DNA of 64,000 bases, from assembly GCA_965221905.1 (NCBI GenBank), contig OZ244922.1, positions 1,760,001 through 1,824,000 on the forward strand, in the 5' to 3' direction. The position numbers and the translations under genes are program-made. The notes under the pieces are model-generated. The model was given only the letters and a program-made list of their open reading frames with translations. It ran no database searches and was not told the origin of the DNA. This DNA comes from Chloroflexota bacterium (GTDB taxonomy: Bacteria; Chloroflexota; UBA11872; VXOZ01). Shown here in pieces: positions 58,135 through 64,000 of this stretch; within the stretch, counting starts at the first letter, position 1, and every line of letters starts with the position of its first letter.

Positions 58135-59244
58135 TTAGAAGATCGATTCCTGCGTCCGCATGTCGAAGGCGTGGCAATTTTCCACGTCAACCACCATCTG
58201 GATGTCGCGGCCGACGATGGCCTCGGCGCGCGGGTCGAGCCGGGCAACAAAGTCAATGTCGCCTGCGAGACAGTAAACGTACATTTCAGAGCCGAGAGTC
58301 TCAACCACGTCCACGCGGGCCATCAAGCCGTTGCCTTCCGTCACGTCAAGCGCGGCAGGGCGGAAGCGCGGGTCGAACATATCCTCAGGCCGCCAGCCGA
58401 AGTAAATCTTGTCCGACTCAGTCTTCGCCAGTGCGGCTGCCTTATCGGGCGGCCAGCGCAGCTTGAAGCCGCTGGTCTGGACCCACATCTCATCAGCATC
58501 GCCGGTGAGCGTTGCCTCTTGGAAGTTCATTGCCGGGCTGCCGATGAAGCCGGCCACGAACATGTTAGAGGGATGGTCGTAGATATTCTGCGGCGAGTCC
58601 AATTGCTGTAGCACACCGTCGCGCATCACTGCGATGCGGTGACCCATCGTCATGGCTTCGACCTGATCGTGGGTAACGTAGATGGTTGTAGTTTCCAAGC
58701 GCCGGTGGAGCTTGATAAGCTCAGCGCGCGTGGTAACACGGAGTTTCGCGTCCAAGTTCGACAGCGGCTCATCCATCAAGAAGACGGCGGGGTCGCGCAC
58801 GATAGCGCGTCCAAGCGCTACACGCTGTCTCTGACCACCGGAGAGCTGCCGCGGCTTGCGGTTGAGGAGCTCGCCAATACCGAGCATCTCGGCGGTCTCA
58901 CGCACACGGCGGTCAATCTCTTTCTTAGGCGTGCGCCGCAGGCGCAGACCGAACGCCAGGTTGTCATATACGGACATGTGCGGATAGAGAGCATAGGACT
59001 GGAACACCATGGCGATGTCGCGGTCCTTCGGGGGCACGTCGTTGACCAAGCGGTCTCCGATGAAGAGACTTCCTTCCGTGATCTCCTCAAGGCCGGCAAT
59101 CATGCGCAACGTGGTCGACTTGCCACACCCGGAAGGTCCAACCAGGACGAGGAACTCCTTGTCCTTAACCTCCAAGTGCATGTTGCTCACCGCGACAACT
59201 TCGCCAAAGCGCTTTGAGATGGCTTCAAGAGTTACACTAGCCAC
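58135..59244 (-). CDS. Carbohydrate ABC transporter ATP-binding protein (MalK/UgpC/MsmX type)
   Basis: GPSGCGKST, MVFQSYALYPHM, LSGGQRQR, MDEPLSNLD, FIGSP, TOBE tail. Confidence 0.95.
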   Translation of the reverse strand: MASVTLEAISKRFGEVVAVSNMHLEVKDKEFLVLVGPSGCGKSTTLRMIAGLEEITEGSLFIGDRLVNDVPPKDRDIAMVFQSYALYPHMSVYDNLAFGLRLRRTPKKEIDRRVRETAEMLGIGELLNRKPRQLSGGQRQRVALGRAIVRDPAVFLMDEPLSNLDAKLRVTTRAELIKLHRRLETTTIYVTHDQVEAMTMGHRIAVMRDGVLQQLDSPQNIYDHPSNMFVAGFIGSPAMNFQEATLTGDADEMWVQTSGFKLRWPPDKAAALAKTESDKIYFGWRPEDMFDPRFRPAALDVTEGNGLMARVDVVETLGSEMYVYCLAGDIDFVARLDPRAEAIVGRDIQMVVDVENCHAFDMRTQESIF

Positions 59245-59473
59245 TTGCAGCAACTCCTTCTGTTCACTTAGGTTTTCCCACCTGTGGCCATGCAGCATTC
59301 GCATGACCTTCTAAACACTGCTGTTTCTTCGCGCACGTCTTAAAGACAATGCCTATCCACCCATGCGCGACACAGTACACGTGAAGTTTACGTGATAGTT
59401 TCTCGGTCGTCAAGTATGCGTCGCTCTTTTCCCTGCATTGTCCCTAATTCGCAGCCAAGAAACTGGCGCGGCG

Positions 59474-59821
59474 CTATTGGGGGAGGAAGGCGAAGACCAG
59501 CACTATGAGAATCACGCAAACGGTGACTCCGATGATAGCGATGTTTTCGGGCGTCCAAAGAGTGGGGGCGACCGCTGCATGCTCTGACTGCTCTTCTTCC
59601 ACGAAGTCCGGATGGCAGCTCCGATGATACGTGGCGAATGTGCGGGGTGCGGTATACCCCACGGGAGCAATTTGCGGTGGCGCGCCGGTCTCTTCCGCTG
59701 CAACCACCAAGTCATCTTTCTTCGTAATGGCGCCCCCGCACCAATGGCAGATTGGAAAGCCTTCAGGGGTCTCATCAGTTGAATCTGTTTTGCGGCGTGT
59801 CTCTTCGCTTCCTTGGGACAT
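59474..59821 (-). CDS. Hypothetical tail-anchored protein with CxxC...HxxC motif
   Basis: CHWC..YHRSC; C-terminal TM IAIIGVTVCVILIVLVFAFL ending 2 residues before the stop. Confidence 0.55.
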   Translation of the reverse strand: MSQGSEETRRKTDSTDETPEGFPICHWCGGAITKKDDLVVAAEETGAPPQIAPVGYTAPRTFATYHRSCHPDFVEEEQSEHAAVAPTLWTPENIAIIGVTVCVILIVLVFAFLPQ

Positions 59822-59975
59822 TTTCACTTCCCAGCTTATTGCCCAGTCTCAATCGCTCCTCTTTACATGTCGCCTCTAGCGCAGTACTGTCAATTCACGT
59901 GAATCTGCTCATTGCCTTCGCAAGCCGCTCCGACCGGCAAGGCAAGTCATCGGAGCGGGCAGCATGGCGCCGGCG

Positions 59976-61349
59976 TTAGATTGTCATGAAGTCGGCACTG
60001 GCTGTAAAGAGTTCCTCAGTCATAGCGCGCACGTCTTCCAATGAGCATTGTGTCGTCGTAAGTGGGTCCAGGGCAATTGCATCTTGCACGAGCCTACGGT
60101 CCTGTTCCAGGATTGCCTGTACAGTGAGTTCCTGCACGTTCACGTTGGTGCGGTTGATGCCCGCACATTGAGCGGGCAGGTTGCCAATGTAGCACGGATG
60201 AATGCCTGCGCTGTCCACCAGGATCGGCACTTCCACGTTGCACCCAGGGGGTAGGTTTGCAATCAAGTCGGTGTTCGGCACGTTGCCGTTGAAGCGATAG
60301 GGCGTATTCGTCTCAATGGCGTGAACAATAAAGGAGCAGTATTCATGGGTTCGGTTGAAGGGTAGTGAGTCCGGTCCTTCGAGATCTTTCCGTTGATTGG
60401 CAAAGTAGTCTTCGCGCCGCTCATGGCGGGCGTACATGAAGGATTGGCGAATTCTCGCTTCCTCATCTAGGTCTTGCAGCGAACTACCATTCCCCTGTGT
60501 AGTGTTTTCTTCGGCCCAGCGTTTGAGATGTTCCGGTATGAAGCGTGCGCGGTCGGCTGCAGTGCGGCGAAACCACGGCGTGTACTCCGACATGTGGTGA
60601 CTCGACTCGGTAACGAAATAGTCGAAGTGGCGCAAGATTTCAAAACGCACACTGTCTTTGGCGTAAGTCTCCGGGTCATCCATCGTTGCACGCAGGCGTG
60701 GATACAGGTCCTCCCCACGGTAGGTATTGCGCCGGAGCTGCAGAAACCACGCTTGGTGATTGATACCGGCCACCCAATACGACACTTCTTCCGGCTGCAT
60801 GCCCATGAATTGCGCAAGCCTTGCCGCCGTGCCTTGTACGCTATGGCATAGTCCGACTGCACGAATGTTGCTGGTAGCGCCAATCAGCCACATGTTGATA
60901 TTCATTGGATTGGCGTAATTGATGAGCAGCGCGTTGGGGCAGAGCTCATCCATGTCCTGTGCGATGGCTGCAAGCACGGGCGCAGTACGTAGTCCCCGGA
61001 AGACGCCGCCCGGCCCAATGGTATCGGCTACCGTCTGATAGACACCATATTGCGCGGGAATCTGCCAGTCTTTCATGCGGAGCGGCTGGCCTCCCACGTC
61101 AATGGCCGTAATTACGTAGTCAGCGCCGGTGATCGCTTCCTTTCGGTCCTGGGTGGCCGTGACAGTGGCGCCGAGCTTTTGTTCCCTGATGAGGCGCTGC
61201 ACGAACTGGGTCGTGATTTCCAGAGTCTCGCCGTCGACGTCCATGAGCGCCAGCGAACTCTCGCTGTGCTCGGGCCACGTAAGAATATCTGTCAGGATGC
61301 GGCGAGCGAAGGTTACGCTGCCAGCGCCAATGAAGGCGATTCTTGCCAT
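59976..61349 (-). CDS. melA: Family 4 glycoside hydrolase (alpha-galactosidase-like)
   Basis: IGAGS, DT.GPGG.FR, NYANPM, GLCHS, AGINH, TESS.H.SEY. Confidence 0.88.
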   Translation of the reverse strand: MARIAFIGAGSVTFARRILTDILTWPEHSESSLALMDVDGETLEITTQFVQRLIREQKLGATVTATQDRKEAITGADYVITAIDVGGQPLRMKDWQIPAQYGVYQTVADTIGPGGVFRGLRTAPVLAAIAQDMDELCPNALLINYANPMNINMWLIGATSNIRAVGLCHSVQGTAARLAQFMGMQPEEVSYWVAGINHQAWFLQLRRNTYRGEDLYPRLRATMDDPETYAKDSVRFEILRHFDYFVTESSHHMSEYTPWFRRTAADRARFIPEHLKRWAEENTTQGNGSSLQDLDEEARIRQSFMYARHERREDYFANQRKDLEGPDSLPFNRTHEYCSFIVHAIETNTPYRFNGNVPNTDLIANLPPGCNVEVPILVDSAGIHPCYIGNLPAQCAGINRTNVNVQELTVQAILEQDRRLVQDAIALDPLTTTQCSLEDVRAMTEELFTASADFMTI

Positions 61350-61443
61350 GAAATCACGCTCCTCGATGATCGCAACGATTCATGCGCGCATGGTAGTTTA
61401 CCTAAGCCCTGCGGTCAAGGCATGCGGCCCCGCCTGCGGAGGA

Positions 61444-62484
61444 CTAGCCTGCCAGAAGACGGCGAAACTGCCGGTAGCGGGGAATGATCTGCGTGAGCAG
61501 GTAGTATCCGGGACGATTCAACACGCGATCGTGTGCGCCCAGACGACGCACGTAACGCGCGCCGAAACCGCGCTTGAACCGATACACTCCCCACAATGGA
61601 TCGCTTTCATCCATCACGGTTGGCGCGCCCCAGAAATCGTACCAGCGGTACTCGTGGTCGATAAGCCACTGAATGGCATGCCACTGAAGCAGATAGTTGG
61701 GCATCTTGTCGCGATGCCGCTGGGACGAGGCACCGGTATAGAACCAGCCGGTGACTCCCGTGTGCATGAGAAAGAGACCGGCAACCGCCTCGCCGCCGAC
61801 GAACGCCATGAACGCCTCGCCTTGCCCGGACTGTTGGAACGAAGACCACAGAGCGTGATAGTAGCCTTCTTCACGAATCGCAAAGCCGTCGCGATTCGCG
61901 GTGTCCGCGTAGAGTTGAAACAACGTGCACCAATCGGTCGTCTGCTGAATATCGACACCGCGGCGCGAGGCCAGGCGGATGTTGTAGCGGGTTTTCGGTT
62001 TCATAGCAGCCAGCAGGGCATCCCGGCCGCCGCTTAAGTCGAGCATGGCGGTATGGGGAAACTGTATTTGTTCCTCGCTGGCGTGCCATCCGTTCTCGCG
62101 GTAGATTCCGGCTGCGGCCGTGTCGTCTGCAGGGAAATCAGGATCAATCTTGACATAAACCGCACGCGCGGCTCGCGCAACGGCGGTGATTTCATCGAGT
62201 ATGGCCGCAAACAGAGCTCGATCTGCATGGTCGAATAATGGACCTTTCGGTACATAGCCGATGGTCCATGGCAGCAAGGGAAGCCTACGCGTGAGCATGG
62301 TGAACGCGGCTACAACCTGCCCGTTACGCTCACATACGTAGCGCCGGGCTTGCCAGCCATACCGTACCTTGAGCGCGCCCCATTCCCAGGTTTGGAGAAA
62401 GTGCCGGCTGGGCAGCGCCCGCAGCGCCTGATCCCAGGTTGCGTGCGAGACACAGGCGATGACGTTTAGACCAGATGCGTTCAA
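61444..62484 (-). CDS. FemAB/FemX family aminoacyl-tRNA-dependent peptidyltransferase
   Basis: FLQTWEWG.LK, YVPKGP, KTRYNIR.A.RRGV, Y.GAS, LQW, YDFWG, GV.RFK.GF. Confidence 0.9.
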   Translation of the reverse strand: MNASGLNVIACVSHATWDQALRALPSRHFLQTWEWGALKVRYGWQARRYVCERNGQVVAAFTMLTRRLPLLPWTIGYVPKGPLFDHADRALFAAILDEITAVARAARAVYVKIDPDFPADDTAAAGIYRENGWHASEEQIQFPHTAMLDLSGGRDALLAAMKPKTRYNIRLASRRGVDIQQTTDWCTLFQLYADTANRDGFAIREEGYYHALWSSFQQSGQGEAFMAFVGGEAVAGLFLMHTGVTGWFYTGASSQRHRDKMPNYLLQWHAIQWLIDHEYRWYDFWGAPTVMDESDPLWGVYRFKRGFGARYVRRLGAHDRVLNRPGYYLLTQIIPRYRQFRRLLAG

Positions 62485-62523
62485 TGGACCGCGCTCACAA
62501 GACGTGCTAAACGTGTGGAGTCT

Positions 62524-63576
62524 TCAGAAACCGGGCAGCAGCTTACGTGTTAACGGCACCAGCTTTTGCCACATCCAGAATCGACGTGAATCAAGCGCTG
62601 CTTCTAAGGTGGGAGAGTACGTAACCATGCTTGGCGAAAACCCGCGCTTGAAACGATAGACCCCCGCTAGGGGGTCGGTTGCGCTTGGCGTCGTTGGCAT
62701 GCCCCACAGGTCGTAGGTGTGACAGCCGTGCTCCTTTGCCCAACACATGGCGTGCCACTGCAACCCGTGGCCAACACGTAAATCTCTCTCTTGGCTGGCG
62801 CTGGCGCCGAATAGGTACGTCGCCCTTCCACCGTACACCGTAAGAAGCAGGCCGCCCACGGGCTTACCGGCGTGTTCCGCCAAGAAGAGTTTTGCCATCC
62901 CCGCGTTTTCGAGGACTTCCCGCATCGTTGCGAAGTACGGCCGGGTATGAATACCAAAACCGTCACGCTCCGCTGTCTCCGTTAACAGTGAGTAGAACTC
63001 TTGCCAGTCTCGCTCGGTGCTTCCTTCCCGCACCGCCAGGCCGCGCCGGTCGGCCAGGCGAACATTGCGGCGCATACTACTCTGAAAGCCGGCAAACACG
63101 GTATCGCATGGAGGGCGGAGATCGATGGTCCCGGTTGCAGGCGGCTGTATGTAGTTAGGTGTCGTGACGAAATTGCAGGGAAGAACCGGGCCGTCGTCTT
63201 CTTCCCAAGGTGGTTCCACCCAGAGTACAAATGCGCGAGCGCGGCGCGCCTCGGCTGCTACTTGCTGGACGACGGCTCTTGCTACGCCACATTCCCCCGG
63301 AGCAGTGACCGGCCCGCGGGGCAGGTACGCGAGGGAGCCCAAGAATGGAACACGCCGCCGCAGCCATTGAGCCGCGGCGACAGGCTTTCCGTTGCGCAAA
63401 CAGAGCATGCGCGATGCGGTCCAACCCGTGCGAGACTTGAATTCGCCCCAACCCCAGCTCTGTAGCAGCTCACCGTCCCAAGTAGTAACCAATTCATCCC
63501 ATTGACGATGGGCCGGCGCCATCTCAAAGACAAGGTCGGTCGCCGCAGCTTCTGCGGCGACTTCTCCTTTCCGCAC
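62524..63576 (-). CDS. FemAB/FemX family aminoacyl-tRNA-dependent peptidyltransferase
   Basis: LQSW.WG.FK, YLPRGP, RRNVR.A.RRG, LFGAS, YDLWG, GVYRFK.GF. Confidence 0.9.
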   Translation of the reverse strand: MRKGEVAAEAAATDLVFEMAPAHRQWDELVTTWDGELLQSWGWGEFKSRTGWTASRMLCLRNGKPVAAAQWLRRRVPFLGSLAYLPRGPVTAPGECGVARAVVQQVAAEARRARAFVLWVEPPWEEDDGPVLPCNFVTTPNYIQPPATGTIDLRPPCDTVFAGFQSSMRRNVRLADRRGLAVREGSTERDWQEFYSLLTETAERDGFGIHTRPYFATMREVLENAGMAKLFLAEHAGKPVGGLLLTVYGGRATYLFGASASQERDLRVGHGLQWHAMCWAKEHGCHTYDLWGMPTTPSATDPLAGVYRFKRGFSPSMVTYSPTLEAALDSRRFWMWQKLVPLTRKLLPGF

Positions 63577-63579
63577 AGG

Positions 63580-64000
63580 CTATCCCTCAGCAGGCTGCGC
63601 AGAGCCGCGTGCTTGATCGTGCCGCAGTCGACCGATTGCAAGCATCAAACCGCCTAGGCCAAGGATTATTACGACGAGTGGAGCCCACGGGCCGAAATAG
63701 GGAATGAATGAAACGCCAAAGAGGATGAGCAGCCCAAGCAGCAATCCTAAGAACTGAATCATGCGTCGATTGCCATCAGAGAAGAAGCTAAGGATCAGTC
63801 TACCGAGAGTCATGCCGACGAACACCTGCGCTGAGAAGAGCGCGATGCCGTAGAGTAGGAGAGCAATCAACCCCAGTGGAATTCCGATTACGGTAATCAT
63901 CACGAGAACGGAAACGATCGGCACCACGATGAGGAAGACAATGCCCATTCCGATGCTCATGAGGGGTTTCTCAAGCAACTGATTCGACGCCGTAACCGTA
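63580..64000 (-). CDS. C-terminal multi-TM part of a membrane protein (typical tail of polymer-forming/bactofilin-like proteins); start outside window
   Basis: P..S...G, ITVIGIPL, IPY.G, LGLGG motifs; four hydrophobic helices. Confidence 0.6.
   Translation of the reverse strand, partial: TVTASNQLLEKPLMSIGMGIVFLIVVPIVSVLVMITVIGIPLGLIALLLYGIALFSAQVFVGMTLGRLILSFFSDGNRRMIQFLGLLLGLLILFGVSFIPYFGPWAPLVVIILGLGGLMLAIGRLRHDQARGSAQPAEG

Overview
A gene-dense, GC-rich bacterial chromosome segment, most likely from a Chloroflexota genome. This is inferred from gene content and protein style (FemAB-like pair, Get3/ArsA with an alpha-crystallin tail, HtpX-PspAB, GTAG-type REPs) and not from any database search. 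The backbone is housekeeping: ffh, ftsY, pyrD, rpmE-DUF1385-prfA-prmC, tRNA-Arg(UCG), moeA, rdgB, dnaA, trxA, lgt, hisS-yggU-yggT-yggS, htpX, ABC transporters and many SDR/Gfo/PhyH/AKR catabolic enzymes. Three accessory patches look defence-related. (i) A ~1026-aa SNF2/RapA-like helicase gene is cleanly split by an IS5 element (CTAA target duplication; removing it restores the frame). (ii) An islet downstream of tRNA-Arg carries a 5'-truncated ABC solute-binding gene, a protein with a nucleoside-2-deoxyribosyltransferase/TIR-like C-terminal domain, and a PD-(D/E)xK-DUF4268 endonuclease. (iii) A translationally coupled ABC/AAA_21 ATPase plus PIN-like nuclease pair is the best candidate for an undescribed two-gene immune or toxin system. 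Other oddities are a palindromic repeat translated in-frame inside moeA, an unusual nitrilase-aminotransferase-lgt-membrane methyltransferase operon, a B-box/discoidin membrane protein upstream of the SRP genes, and a dnaA with no visible oriC. No CRISPR array, rRNA, integrase or reverse transcriptase was seen. All family assignments come from motif recognition by eye.
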